Below, piece by piece: positions 34,916-47,900 of a stretch of DNA of 64,000 nucleotides. The position numbers were made by a program, and so were the translations under genes. Under the pieces are notes generated by a model. It ran no database searches. It was not told the DNA's origin and worked only from the letters and a program-made list of their open reading frames with translations. Each line of letters starts with the position of its first letter. Positions within the stretch are counted from its first letter, which is position 1. The DNA is from Macrostomum lignano (taxonomy: Eukaryota). The stretch is from assembly GCA_002269645.1 (NCBI GenBank), contig NIVC01000236.1, positions 186,001 to 250,000 of the forward strand. The letters are read 5' to 3'.

Positions 34916-36903
34916 TTGAAATCAAACTTTGAAAAACTTTGAAATCAATATTTTTTTCAAAAGTAGTTAATAAAATGGTTAAATTATTCAATCTATAAAA
35001 CAATATGAATAAGCCTAAGGATCTAACCAAGTCTGGATAAGTCAAATATTTAAATGATTTTTATGATAATTTAATTATTATTATAATTTTAAGTTGAGTT
35101 TTGTCTATAACAAATAAATGATTGCTGGAGATTAAAATTTTCAAATTTTTTAAGACTTGAGATCTATGTATGCTTAATTGAGATAATCAAGATTTAAGAT
35201 TAAACCTAATTAGTACCTAGTAGGCCTATTTATACTTCAATCTATCAATGCCAATGTTTATTTGTTAAATGTGTACAATGATGATAATAAAAGAAAAAAC
35301 AATTATAATATAATTTTGAGCTTGTTAATAACTTGATATATATCTTATATCTAAAGCTGAGCGGACCAAGTGATCGATCAACCAGTAGACTGGGTTTAAT
35401 GCGTATCTTCTCCTAGATGGCTGCAAGCTCAAATTCGGGACTTATATATATCAATGCAGAATTTTCCTATACAACAAATAGGCTATTTTAATGTTGAAAT
35501 TTTCAAAATTAGGTCTGTTAAAAAGCAGAAAACTGTTTTCTTAACCTTCTTTGGCCATTTTGCTTCTCCAGTGGAGTTGGTAGCATGTTTGTAAAAAGAA
35601 ACACCCCAACCTTTGCCTGCAGGTTACTGTATATTGGAGGGGTGGGTGACACATGTTGGGTTGGGGCTACAGTTAAATTTTAATGATTCCCCTGGAACAG
35701 GGGGTCAAGCTGAGTGTACAAAGCAATGTACAGTGTAAACAGAGGCTATAGATAGCTAGGACTGTGTTGAGTTTCAATTGGTTTTATTATTGGTGCCTTT
35801 TAATAGGCAGCCCTGAAATTCAATGAATTGGATTGCGAGACTTTTGCTGTAATAGGCAGTGAACATATACATTCCATGTTTCAATGCTTTAAATCAAGAA
35901 GTTCAAATGCTAACTGTGCCTCAAGTTATAAGCTTTGAGAGGAGATATATTGCGAGAAAGATCTTGCAATACTGAGTTTAGGGATATAAGTTGTTTGCTT
36001 TAAATATAAAACAAAAAGCACAGCATTGAAAAAATGATTTCCATACTTTAAAACTTTTTGCAAAGATTGTAGTTATTTTTGCAATAGGTCAGTCAGACTT
36101 TGGGCCTTTTCATATTGCTTGCTCTGGTTCCAGAACCAGAACCAATTTTTGTGAAGTATAACTTTTTGTCTCCATAACTAGAGGGAGATATGTGCTATAA
36201 AGTTTTTATTATTGAATGACAATTGCCAAGAAGAAAGTGAAAAATTGTGCTAAGTTACGTTGTTAAGGCAGTCAAATATTAACAGAGTTTAATAGTTATA
36301 CTGCTGTTTTTCTTGGAATTCCGAACCAATTCTGGTTCTGGAATTGGTAATATAAAAAGGCCCATTAAGTTGGGGGAGGTTGCATATGCACATTCAAGCC
36401 AGCTATTATTTGAGTAATTTCAGTAATGGAGGTGGGTGACAAATTTTAATTGGTTTTTATTATTGGTGCCTTCAGTCAGTCAGATAAGAGAGTAGAGAAA
36501 AGAGTGAAAGGAGAAGAGAGGAGAGATAATAGAAAACCAAGAAAAGACAGTAGATAAAAAAGTAGAGAGAAGAGAGAAGAGATAAAAGAGTAGGGAGGAG
36601 AGATGAAAGAGTAAGAGGAGAGGAGACATGAGAGTCTTAGTCTGAATGATGGCAGTAGATAAATGGTATTTGAGAAGTTCTATAGAGGATTTGGAAAGGA
36701 TTTGGAAGTCTGGAATTCTAGTCATGGGATTCAGCTGATGGATTTTAGGAAATGGAATTCTGGCAATGGGAGTTCTATTCCCTTTTCCTCCAACAGAGGA
36801 ATTGGCCTCGTCAAATATAAATAATAATATGAGGCAATCTTCAATTTTATTGGAACAAATTTTTTTTCACATGAAAAATAGGCCCTAGTAAAATAGAAAG
36901 TCA

Positions 36904-37200
36904 TTAGTCTTTAGTATCAATATTAGGTATATTATGTAATATTAGGTACTCATTAAGATGGATGTCAAAATCAAATAGGGCATTGCTAGTGCCGTGCATT
37001 GCCCTGAATTTGGCCTTGACACCTGCCCATGACCTTTCAATGGTGTTTGTATTTGTATGGATAGTTAGGTTGTAGGGGTCTAGAAAATGGAGTTGGTAAT
37101 TGATAGCTAGCTCCACATGATTCTGCAAGCCATTGTAGGCTGATTGTAGTTGGTGCTCTAGGCCTCTTAGAGCCATTTGGCTATCACTAAATAGGCTGAA
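36904..37200 (-). mobile_element. Merlin (IS1595/ISXO2-like DDE) transposase fragment
   Basis: SAYNGL..H..AINY.LHFLDP....HTN..TIERSWAGVKAKFRAMHGTS..LFD matches the AY.GL..H..VNH...F.DP..G.HTN.IE..W...K motif of this family. Confidence 0.75.
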
Positions 37201-37722
37201 AAGTTTAAAAATAATAAAATATGGTAAACTAGAAGATTGCCAAATACAATAATATTATAGTTACCAATACTTATGGATAGGCCTATATAGTCATAAATCT
37301 TGATATTTTTTCAAGATCTTGAAACCAAGATTAAGATTGAGAAAATTGCCAAGATCTTGACAATCAAGACCAAGATTGAGATCTTGCCTGACCCAAAATA
37401 GGCTAATTGATAATAACTTATCTTAAGCTCTGCCATAACTAAACTTTTCCTATGCTATGGCTATATTTATATTTGTACTTATAGCCATATCAAATTTTTT
37501 TCATTACAACAATAAAAATCCTAAACAACAGTTAAAAGTTATTATCAAGTACTTTAAAATATAAGTGTTTAAGGCTAAGTTGCCCTAAGGTTTAATTTAA
37601 TATTTAAAAAATTAAATCTATTAAATAATTGAATTAGGCTACTGATTAAGTTAGATATAAATGTAGGCTAGTAGAATTTTTTAAATTTATTTGTTACTTT
37701 CTATCAATTTATGAATGATTGG

Positions 37723-37901
37723 CAGTGGCGTAGCCCTAAATTTTCTTTTGGGAGAATGGAGATAGATAGATAAAACTTTTGTGTTTGGGAGAATCCCTTA
37801 GGCTTACACGAGTATTACTTAGAAAATCGGGCATTTTCTTTCAACAGTTTAACTGTTTCGGTTTTTTAGGGAGATGCATCCGTAGCCCTCCTACGCCACT
37901 G
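37723..37901. mobile_element. Short hAT-type MITE
   Basis: TIRs cagtggcgtag / ctacgccactg with CpG intact. TSD not evident. Confidence 0.6.
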
Positions 37902-39499
37902 ATTAAAAACAACAAAATGACAATACAATCTGAATAAACAGTTCATGCATCCTGATTCCTAATCCGGATTGGCAAAATCACTTGTTTATTGTGACTACCC
38001 AATGGCTAATTGTAGTGGTAAGTGTTTAGCTCGAGCAAAAAAAACTGCTGGCTTGTATGCTTCCTGCTCGATAAAAACAATATAATCTTAACATTAATAT
38101 AAAGTTCAAATAAAGGGCTCTGGCTGGCCAGCTGAGTAGTGAGTACGCCAGTGCATCGATCGTAACCCCTATGGGTGGGTTATACTAAATTTTTTTTAAC
38201 TTTTTAAAAAAAGCTCTAAGACGCATTTTATCGTTTTAATAAAGTATTTTTATAACCTTTTATCTGGTAAAGAAAACTGAAATAAATTAGTAGTAGTAGT
38301 AAGTTGGCTCAGGCAAGAAGCCTGTTTGGCCAATATATTTCTATGTATTTAAGATTGCTTCAGGAATAGGAGACAATATTTTAGCACTAGTTATTTAATT
38401 ATGATTAGTACGAGTTTTGCAAAATGGTATTTGAAAGAACGCGGAAAAGTTATTAACGATACTTGGACGACTAACGAAGCGAAAGAAAAAGCAAGGAGTT
38501 AAAAAAAGTATTGCAGTTAATAAAAGTAAAAACGAAAGAAAAATGAACAAAAACGAACTTCGAAGGGACTTTACGTTAAGCGAATGACGACGATTTAAAT
38601 AGGTATTAGATAGGAAACTAATTAAATACTAATTAAGTGCTAATTAAGTAGGAAATTAAAAATGGGAAAGGCGGATTTATTTCACTGCTGATATGTCTGT
38701 TTCAGTTTGCATAACTGTTTTAGCTATTCATGACTTCATATATTTTAGCTACACCAGTGAGCTCTTTTCTGACTCTTTTTTCATTTGTAGCATATCCTAA
38801 CTTGTGTACTTGCTTGTCATTTAGGAGGTACTGACAGAAGTATTATTGATTAGCCAATTTTTTATTTAAATATTACTTTTTTGCGTGCATGTGCTTTAAT
38901 TTAAATAAATACCTACGCATACGCAATTTCAGATTTTTACTGTTCAATGTTCCGTGTTTTCTGTACTCGCTCGCCAGCTCGCTACTCGTTAAAAATTAAG
39001 AGTATAAAAAATTTTGTAACTTTTTTATGGCGCATGTCTAAGGTAACACACTTAGGTGGCCACAGTACAGGCATTGCTTTAAATCAGCCAATGCAAAGAA
39101 ATAGGCCTAACTTTTAAGTTTTAACCTCTAATTTAAATTACTATTGGCTATTCTAGGGATTTCTAGCTCCTGGGGTATAGAGAAGAGTCAGATGATCATT
39201 ATGATGTCTTTTAATTCTTAACTATAACTTTGACTAAAGACCTAATTAACAATTATAGGCATAATTTTCAGTTATATATTATTGACTAATTGATTACTTA
39301 GTCTTAAGTTAAAAATTTAAATTAAAGCTAGGCCTACCTAAAACTCATTACTCATAGACATACATAGTCATAGGTAGTCATAGTCACAGAGGTTGAAATA
39401 AGTAAGACTAAGAGGAATTGATAAAAGGAGAGCTTCTATTTTTATACCTTACCCTCTTCTCAGTCGTAGCCTTCCCTTCAAACAAAGCAATAAAAAAGG

Positions 39500-40480
39500 T
39501 TTGCCTTGTGGTCTATCACCCTTTTTTATTTGACCAATTTCCTAAAATAGATTTAGGATGCTTTTTTAGACAAAATTAGCAAATAAAAAGATTGGCTTTC
39601 CTTATTCCTTTGGTTTACGATCACCCCAACTAGTGATGATCACCACAAAAAAACAGTTATAAGACAAAATTCATAGTTTTTAATGAAACAAAATCAAATG
39701 TTGGCAAACTGACTTTGTTTTTTTTCAAAAGATGGTAAGATTGTCGTAGCACCTTATATTTCACCTTTGGTTTATGATCACCTAAACATATGACATATGT
39801 TGCCCATTGAAATGATCACGAACCAAAGCTGGCAATAGGAAAACCTGTCAAACTAATTTCAACTATCACATCACAAGTTTGAGCTATAGTAGCCTATATA
39901 TTTTACCTTTGGTTTACAATCACCCAAACAATGTTGCCCATTATGTTGCCCATTAAAATGATTGTAAACTGAAGTTGGCTATAAGAAAGTGTACTAGGGT
40001 TGATATGCTTTCCTACAACCAGCTTCGGTTCACAATCATTTCAATGGAGTGCATGTATAAAAGTGATTGTAAACCAAAAGTGAAAGGGGGTGGGGCACTG
40101 AAGATTAATTATATTAGCTAGGGTTGACATGCTTTCCTATAATCAGCTTTAGATAATCGTAAACTCAATGTGATATATATAAGCTACTAATAAACCAATG
40201 TACAAATCTTTTCAATTTTAAATAACAAAGTTAGTTGATCAGCCAACTTTTGCTTTCTTTTTATTTGAAACTATACACCATCAGTTTTTATGTCTTAGTT
40301 TTAAATACATCATTTTTGCAGTGCAGTAAGCAAAATATAAAGTGATCGTAAACCAAAACTGGAAAAATAGAAGGTGATCATAAACCAAAACTGGCAAAAT
40401 AGATGGTGATCGTAAACCAAAAGACTGCCAGAAGATTGGGCTATTAAATTGGAAGAATACTAATAATAACAATAAAACTT
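39500..40480. mobile_element. Foldback-like element with ggtttacgatcacc subrepeats
   Basis: The left part has ttggtttacgatcacc, tatgatcacc and tacaatcacc. The right part has the reverse complements gtgatcgtaaacc, gtgatcataaacc and gtgattgtaaacc. Confidence 0.6.
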
Positions 40481-42054
40481 TCAAAAGCTTACTAAAACCC
40501 TCCTAGTAAAGCCTAATCTAATTTCTAAATAAGAATATAAGTTATAACTCTAATTTTAATTTATTAAAGCTAGGCCTATAAATATTTTAGTTTAGTATTA
40601 TAATATAAATGTCATTGTTATTATTTTCAAGTCATAAGACAAAGTATATAGCCTAAGCATAATATTAATAAGACTAAGACTAGCCTAATGAATTTCTTTG
40701 AATTTGTAAAAAAATATAAAGTTTTATTAGCTATTATAGTGTTTTTATATATAATAATATAAATTATTATTCATTCTAGTTTTTTGTTATGAAGCCATAG
40801 CATAAGGTCTACTAATTAAAAATTAGGATATGAAACCATATTTAAGACCTAGGTTTAGTTTCAATTCAAGATAGTTTATATATAATCTTTGACCTAAATA
40901 TTTTTTATAAAAAAGAAAACTAGTTTTGATTTATTTGGTGATGTAGTTTAGCTATAGAAATAATCTACTATAATAAGCATAATTTTTTATGCCTATCCTT
41001 CTAACTCTTTAGTATTTTTACCCTTTTAATATTTATTAGCTTCTTTAGAATAATTTTCTAGTTGTACTAATTAGTTAACATTCAATTTAAAAAAATTTCA
41101 TTTTAAATAGTGGTTTTTATTTAATGTTTATAGACTTTTGTCTTAGCTAATAAGCTTCTGTTGTCTTTTATAAAAGTTTACTCCAATATTTTTTTGAAAT
41201 CTATTATTATATTAAATGAATAAAAAAATATATTTACATTTGCTTTAATTCAATTCAATTAAACAAAAACTTAGGCTTTTTTTATATTTTCAAATAAAAT
41301 AAATTAGGTATGTTAGGCTGTTCTCTAATATAGACTATAGATTATATTAAACAATATTAATACTTTAGACAAAAAGAATAATATGAAAATAATAAAGCAA
41401 ATCTTATAAACTATACATAAAAATATCTAAGTTATCCTTACCTTAGGCAAAATGTTTTATTTTATATACTTTAAAGTGTTAGATAAATCATCTTTAAGCA
41501 AAGTGATTTTAGTTATGGTAGCTATATACCCTAAAGCATAAAATAGCATATTGGCTAATACATTTGCTAATAATAAATAATACTAAAGGTCTATTATTGC
41601 CTATTAGTAAAAAAACAGTAATATTCTTGAGATTTATGATTTTCTAATGAGGTTATTTCTTTTAGCTCATAAGTATCCTTAATTTTAATCAACCTAAAAC
41701 CTATTGTCAAACATAAAATGATTGAAATCTAAACTATAGAATAATATGTGTTTTATCATAAAGAATTTGTTACCTAAATTTTAAGTATAAAGTTAGTATA
41801 AAGAAAAGTATTTCTGATAATTTTCTAAAATTTTATTGCTATCTTTATGACTAGTTTGTAGCTTTTCATTTTGAAACAAGACAATATAACCAATTTATAT
41901 TACATTTTAATTATGTTTCTGAATTTTTATGTTATATATACTAATGTTTTTGTGCTTATGAATGTTGATTTCAAAATTTAAATGTAAACAATATTATTTG
42001 GATATTAATGTCTGTCACTCCACTATAAAAATATATTTATTTTTCTTTTTGTGC

Positions 42055-43959
42055 ATGATGCTTGAGCAGATTAAATTGGTCTGCAAGAAGCTGGCTGCTA
42101 GTGAGGAGCCAGTCCGAATCAAGGGCTTCTTAGGGGCAAAGAAGCTTCTTTCTGGTGCAGAGGCAGTATCATTTGATAACATGATGCTCATAATGAAAGG
42201 CCTGCACTACATGCTGTGGATGCAGGACCAGCCAATTAAACACGAGGACATTGTAGACATGATCTGCTCTCTTCTGGGTGCGATATCCAGTCCAAAGGAC
42301 AAGTTGAACTTTATTAAAGCGCTATTCGAGACAGAAGCCAGAGAATGGTCTTCAATCGACTTCTGGCGCGCGGACAAGTTCATGATGCTCGTGCGTCGCT
42401 TCCTCAAAGCCTCCCTGGCGTTTTTGCAGTCCAACGAATGGAGCAGCGAACTGGTCAGTCAGTTCGTTCAAATCCTCAGGGACAGCGTTGTTAATGCCGA
42501 TTTCAACCAGCCTAGCAACGGCCTGAAGCTGCACTTGGCTGACATTGTCTGCGAGGAGCTCAGCATCACCACTGCCGGTCCAGATGCTGTGCTGGCAATT
42601 TTGCGACCCTTCATCGATATTGTGGCGTCCGGGATGCACAAGCACCACGTGGTGGACAAGGTTGAGCAGGCGGTGCTGCAGTATCTGGCCGATCAGGCAC
42701 TCTACCAGGCGGAGTCCGCGCAGCAGGACTCGGTTGAGTCGGAAGTCTGCTTAGTTGACATCGACATGGAGGAGCTGTGCAAGTGCCTCTTTGCCCTGGG
42801 ATCAGATCCCAGCGTGAAAAGCCCCAATCGAAAGCGACTGTTTCACTGGTACAAGACGTTTAGAAATATTCTGAGCGGCAATGTTGGATCGGAGGGCCTG
42901 GTGCCCGCCGGACCGACCCTGGGCAAGGAGGAAATCACAGCGGCGGTTGCCCGCCTCATTAAACAGGAGAACAAGCGGAGAAAAAAGAAGAAAGCAAAAC
43001 GTCTAGTTGAGGACGGCCAAGCAGGAAGTTCGAATACGCAGCCCAGTGCACCAGCGTCAGGCGCTAAGCTGACCAAGGTCAAGACCCCGAAAGCTTTGGC
43101 CAAGCAAAAACAGACTGTTGGAGGCGCCAAGTCTTCATTGGCTTTGGCAAAAAAGAAAGCCATTGCTGCTGGCGCTTCGCCTCAGGGTGCCAGCATTGAA
43201 GCGCAGCCTGGAGTGGCCAAGTCCCCCCAAAGCCCAAGAACTGCCAAGCAGTCTGGGCAGTCGCCAAAATCCAATGAGAAATCGCCCGCCATCCAAGGAG
43301 CGCCTGAAGTTTCAGCCAAAGAGAAGTCGCCTGTCATAAAAAAATCGCCAAAAGGCCCAGCCCCGGCCAAAGCCAAAGAAAAATCGCCTGCTGTCCAGCA
43401 ATCGCCCCAGGTCTCAAATAATAAAAAATCACCTCAGGGCTTGGCCAAAGAGAAATCGCCCGCGACCTCGAAGTCTCCCAAGGACTCTGTCAAGCCGGAG
43501 TCCCCAGCCGGTGGCAAGCGCAAGCAGCCGTCTTTGTCGCCTTTGACGGCTGCCGGTGCGGGCAGCAGTACGCCGCCATCAGCTAAGCGCGCGCGCATGT
43601 CGCCCGCAGTGTCAGCGGACTGCAGCGTCACCCCGGCATCGCAGTCCGCAACGCCGAAGCAGCAGCTGCTTCTGTCCACGCCCCAGAGTGCTGACTGCGA
43701 CAGCGAGGGAAAACAGAATCGTTCCGTAACATTTGGCAAGATATTTCGCAAGCGATTCAACAAGAAGGACCGGGTTGTTACGCCGACGGCTTCGGGTGAC
43801 GATAAAACGCCGGAGCGGTCGATTTTGAAGAAGTCGAGTGGCTTGGGCTCCTCGCTGAGGCTGCGCTCGCCAGGCTCCAAGAAGTCGCCAGGCTCCAAGA
43901 AGTCGCCGGCCTCCAAGAAGTCGCCGGCCTCCAAGAAGTCGCCGCAGAATCGCGTTTGA
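42055..43959 (+). CDS. RRP1: Ribosomal RNA processing protein 1 (Nop52 domain) with long Lys/Ser/Pro-rich tail; intronless
   Basis: Nop52-domain motifs KLAASE, KGLHYMLWMQDQP and REWSSIDFWRADKFMMLVRRFL, plus NRKRLF. The first plausible ATG is 42055; the ORF-track extension is AT-rich non-coding-like sequence. Confidence 0.9.
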   Translation: MMLEQIKLVCKKLAASEEPVRIKGFLGAKKLLSGAEAVSFDNMMLIMKGLHYMLWMQDQPIKHEDIVDMICSLLGAISSPKDKLNFIKALFETEAREWSSIDFWRADKFMMLVRRFLKASLAFLQSNEWSSELVSQFVQILRDSVVNADFNQPSNGLKLHLADIVCEELSITTAGPDAVLAILRPFIDIVASGMHKHHVVDKVEQAVLQYLADQALYQAESAQQDSVESEVCLVDIDMEELCKCLFALGSDPSVKSPNRKRLFHWYKTFRNILSGNVGSEGLVPAGPTLGKEEITAAVARLIKQENKRRKKKKAKRLVEDGQAGSSNTQPSAPASGAKLTKVKTPKALAKQKQTVGGAKSSLALAKKKAIAAGASPQGASIEAQPGVAKSPQSPRTAKQSGQSPKSNEKSPAIQGAPEVSAKEKSPVIKKSPKGPAPAKAKEKSPAVQQSPQVSNNKKSPQGLAKEKSPATSKSPKDSVKPESPAGGKRKQPSLSPLTAAGAGSSTPPSAKRARMSPAVSADCSVTPASQSATPKQQLLLSTPQSADCDSEGKQNRSVTFGKIFRKRFNKKDRVVTPTASGDDKTPERSILKKSSGLGSSLRLRSPGSKKSPGSKKSPASKKSPASKKSPQNRV

Positions 43960-44917
43960 CCCGAGTCGGTGTGTGGCCTGTCTGCAGCGCTGCGGGACTT
44001 TCTGTGGCAGCATACGGTTGGGGAATGAGGTGAGTAAATTCTGCTGCTCGCATGTTTGATTTCAGCCTTTTATCTGCCATCAGAAATATCAACTGTCATC
44101 CCATGCTAGAGCCTGTTATTTAAAAGTTCAGTTAGTTCTAGTTAGAGGCAGGGAGCTGCCCATTCCGCCGATTCCCTTGAGCATGTCACACAAGCGCGCG
44201 GATACGTACGCAGTCATACGCACAGGCACACACTCACACAGGAGTGTACAGCGGCCCTAAACTTTATGTATCGGTAGGCATGTACACTTCACTGCGCCTT
44301 GCGGATTGGTCCTCAAGAACGTTAATTGAACGAGAAGACACAAGCCGGACTTCCAATTTAGCCTAAAGTAATGTGACGGCACCTGGGCCGCTGGCACATA
44401 CTGAAGTGCAGATATGCCAAGCAATACTTTCACTTGTGCTCTTATTTCATGAATTCAAAGTATAATCTTTCAATAAAAGACGAACATTTTTTCAGATTGA
44501 AATTCAACAGTTCGCTTGGCTACCTGGCGAGCTGGGAATGTAATATTTCGGCATTTATGATGAGGCCAACTGCGTTCCGCTCTTCGAGATTGACCAGCTT
44601 CCTTCTATCTCTTGTTCTTCGTAGCCTGAAATGCCTGTTTTTTCGCAGACTATTGTAAATGCCTAATTTACACTTATTATTAAATTAAGGTTTCATTGCT
44701 TTTTTTATAATATTACTCATAGTAGTTTAGACAATGCGCGAGTTTATCAATCTGCTATCTAAACTCCCTGCGGGCATTCTCTGCTGATATTGTAGTTTAG
44801 CCATATTGTACGTGCGCCCTAAACCATCCGCCATGCTGCACTGACACTTATAAACTGGTTATGTTCTGCTTTTTAATTTATTATCTAATTCGATTGACTT
44901 GTTGTTCAATTTCTAGT

Positions 44918-47900
44918 ATGCCAACAGAATCAGTGCGAGTGCACACTTGCTTATATTTTGGCCGTATGTTTGCAGCCTTAGCCGTTTGAGCATTTTATTA
45001 TTGTGCTTTGTTTCACACCTGTTCCCAGCTTCATTGTCATAATTAATAATTTTTATGGACTGGACTGGCGTGACTACGGAACTGATATGCGATCGCAGTG
45101 ACTAAGTTATAAGCAGTCTGGTCTTCATTTCCTTATTGTGAATTATTTCTTTATCGTAAGGTAAATTGAGTATTTGGGCGGGTGCTATTGTAGTGCAACA
45201 CTAAGGGGTGCTCAGGCTAGAACTAAGGGGTGCTCAGGCTACTGTAGTGCAGAACTAAGGGATGCTCAGGCTACTGTAGTGCAGAACTAAGGGGTGCTCA
45301 TGCTACTGTAGTGCAGAACTAAGGGGTGCTCATGCTACTGTAGTGCAGAACTAAGGGGTGCTCAGGCTAGTGTAGTGCAAGACTAAGGGGTGCTCAGGCT
45401 AGTGTAGTGCAAGACTAAGGGGTGCTCAGGCTACTGTAGTGCAAGACTAAGGGGTGCTCAGGCTACTGTAGTGCAAGACTAAGGGGTGCTCAGGCTAGTG
45501 TAGTGCAGAACTAAGGGGTGCTCAGGCTAGTGTAGTGCCAGACTAAGGGGTGCTCAGGCTACTGTAGTGCAAGACTAAGGGGTGCTCAGGCTACTGTAGT
45601 GCAAGACTAAGGGGTGCTCAGGCTACTGTAGTGCAGAACTAAGGAGTGCTCACGCTACTGTAGTGCAAGACTAAGGGGTGCTCAGGCTACTGTAGTGCAA
45701 GACTAAGGGGTGCTCAGGCTACTGTAGTGCAAGACTAAGGGGTGCTCAGGCTACTGTAGTGCAAGACTAAGGGGTGCTCAGGCTACTGTAGTGCAGAACT
45801 AAGGGATGCTCAGGCTACTGTAGTGCAGAACTAAGGAGTGCTCAGGCTACTGTAGTGCAGAACTAAGGGGTGCTCAGGCTACTGTAGTGCAGAACTAAGG
45901 GGTGCTCAGGCTACTGTAGTGCAGAACTAAGCAGTGCTCAGGCTACTGTAGTGCAGAACTAAGGGGTGCTCAGGCTACTGTAGTGCAGAACTAAGGGGTG
46001 CTCAGGCTACTGTAGTGCAGAACTAAGGAGTGCTCAGGCTACTGTAGTGCAGAACTAAGGGGTGCTCAGGCTACTGTAGTGCAGAACTAAGGGATGCTCA
46101 GGCTACTGTAGTGCAGAACTAAGGAGTGCTCAGGCTACTGTAGTGCAGAACTAAGGAGTGCTCAGGCTACTGTAGTGCAGAACTAAGGAGTGCTCAGGCT
46201 ACTGTAGTGCAAGACTAAGGGGTGCTCAGGCTACTGTAGTGCAGAACTAAGGGATGCTCAGGCTACTGTAGTGCAGAACTAAGGAGTGCTCAGGCTACTG
46301 TAGTGCAGAACTAAGGGGTGCTCAGGCTACTGTAGTGCAGAACTAAGGGATGCTCAGGCTACTGTAGTGCAGAACTAAGGAGTGCTCAGGCTACTGTAGT
46401 GCAGAACTAAGGAGTGCTCAGGCTACTGTAGTGCAGAACTAAGGGATGCTCAGGCTACTGTAGTGCAGAACTAAGGGATGCTCAGGCTACTGTAGTGCAA
46501 GACTAGGGTGCTCAGGCTACTGTAGTGCAAGACTAAAGGGTGTCAGGGGTTCCTGCAATGTACTGCTGACTCAAAGTGGCCCCACTAGTATGATACAGAA
46601 CTCCTGCTTCTCCTGTTTGCAATAGCGGCAATCCAAATCCTCGCTGACTTCAGTCTCTGGACGCCCGTCTGGCATCCCTGGCCGAGTGCCAGCGGCGGCT
46701 CTCTGGCTTTCGGGACGCCCAACCCACTGAGCTGCCATCGGAAGCGGAGCTGGCCGCCTCCTGGTCTGGCTTCATCTCCGCCTTTGCCGAGCTGTCAGCT
46801 CAGGCCGGTCAGCAGCGAACTCGCGCCCTGGATTCGGCCGCCGCGACCATCAAGCGGGTGGCCGCCAAGGGCCGCCGCCAGTTTCAGTTTCTGCGCGCCG
46901 GATTCGTTCAGCTGGCGTCCGCCTGGCTGAGCCGCGCCAACTCGTGGCGCGAGCGCTCCAGCGTGCTGCTGGAACTGGCAGTCAGCTGCAGCCTCTACTG
47001 GATCTGCTGCTCCGGGCAACGCCGCAAACGGCGCCGGCAGAAACAGCCGAGCGAAGTTGACGCGACTGCAGCGACTGTTGCTAAGAGAGTTGGCCGCCTC
47101 GGCGACCTCTGGGTGGACGGCCTTCTGCTCGGCGGCACTGACTGCCCTGCTGGATTCGAGGAGGACAGGTTCGATTCTCGGCCAATTGACAGGGTTTTAA
47201 TGAAATAAGGGTGCTGGAAGTGCCTGAAGATAGGGGTAGTGATGTAGAGAGGTCACTGCACTGCCATTCGTACGCCAGCGCACACTGGTTTCACTCTTCT
47301 CTCCGTGCCTGCAGCGACTCGGCGTTGGAGTTCCGCTGCCTGCTGGTCACGCTGCTGCACGAGTACGTGGGCCGGTTCGCCTACGTCAAGGGACTTCATC
47401 CGGCCTTCGCTGACCTCTTTGTCCGTCTGGTGGCCGGCCTGCCCGCCGGTTCGCCACTGTCCGAGCACGTTGTTAGGTGCGTATTCGAGCACTACTACTG
47501 CCAGTACTATCCGCTGAGTAAGATTCGCACGGAGCTGAGCAGCGGCAACCCAGCCCGGCTCACTGGCGCCGACATCGGCCTCGCCCTCACCAAGCACGGC
47601 TTCTTGGCTCACCGCATCAACTATGCCAGCTTGCTGCGCCAGCTGATTGGCTATGCCAGAATGCCGGGCACGCCCGCGCCGACCAGGGACCTCCTGCTGC
47701 GTCTGGCCGCCATGGCCGCCTGCGTCATCGAGGACCGGCCGCCGCACACCAGCTGGAAATCGGTGCAGCCGGACGACTTCAGGCGGCTGCTGACTGCGGC
47801 AGAGACCGACGCGGACGGCGATGAAGATGTGGAGAATCAAGATTTGGAAACCACTTTGGGTGAGCGAAATCAATCCTGACTTGATGCCCTTCTCAATATA

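Noticed and set aside
41962-42054. 31-aa N-terminal extension of the RRP1 ORF
   Set aside because: AT-rich sequence with no similarity to RRP1. The homology starts at ATG 42055/42058.
45190-46545. CRISPR-like appearance of 30-46-bp repeat arrays (also 29480, 47920, 56125)
   Set aside because: Units are contiguous with no unique spacers, there are no cas genes, and the context is eukaryotic and intronic.
47211-47314. ORF-track start of the 222-aa ORF and its stop at 47879
   Set aside because: Splice signals show the frame enters at 47315 and leaves at 47859. These are intronic run-ins.
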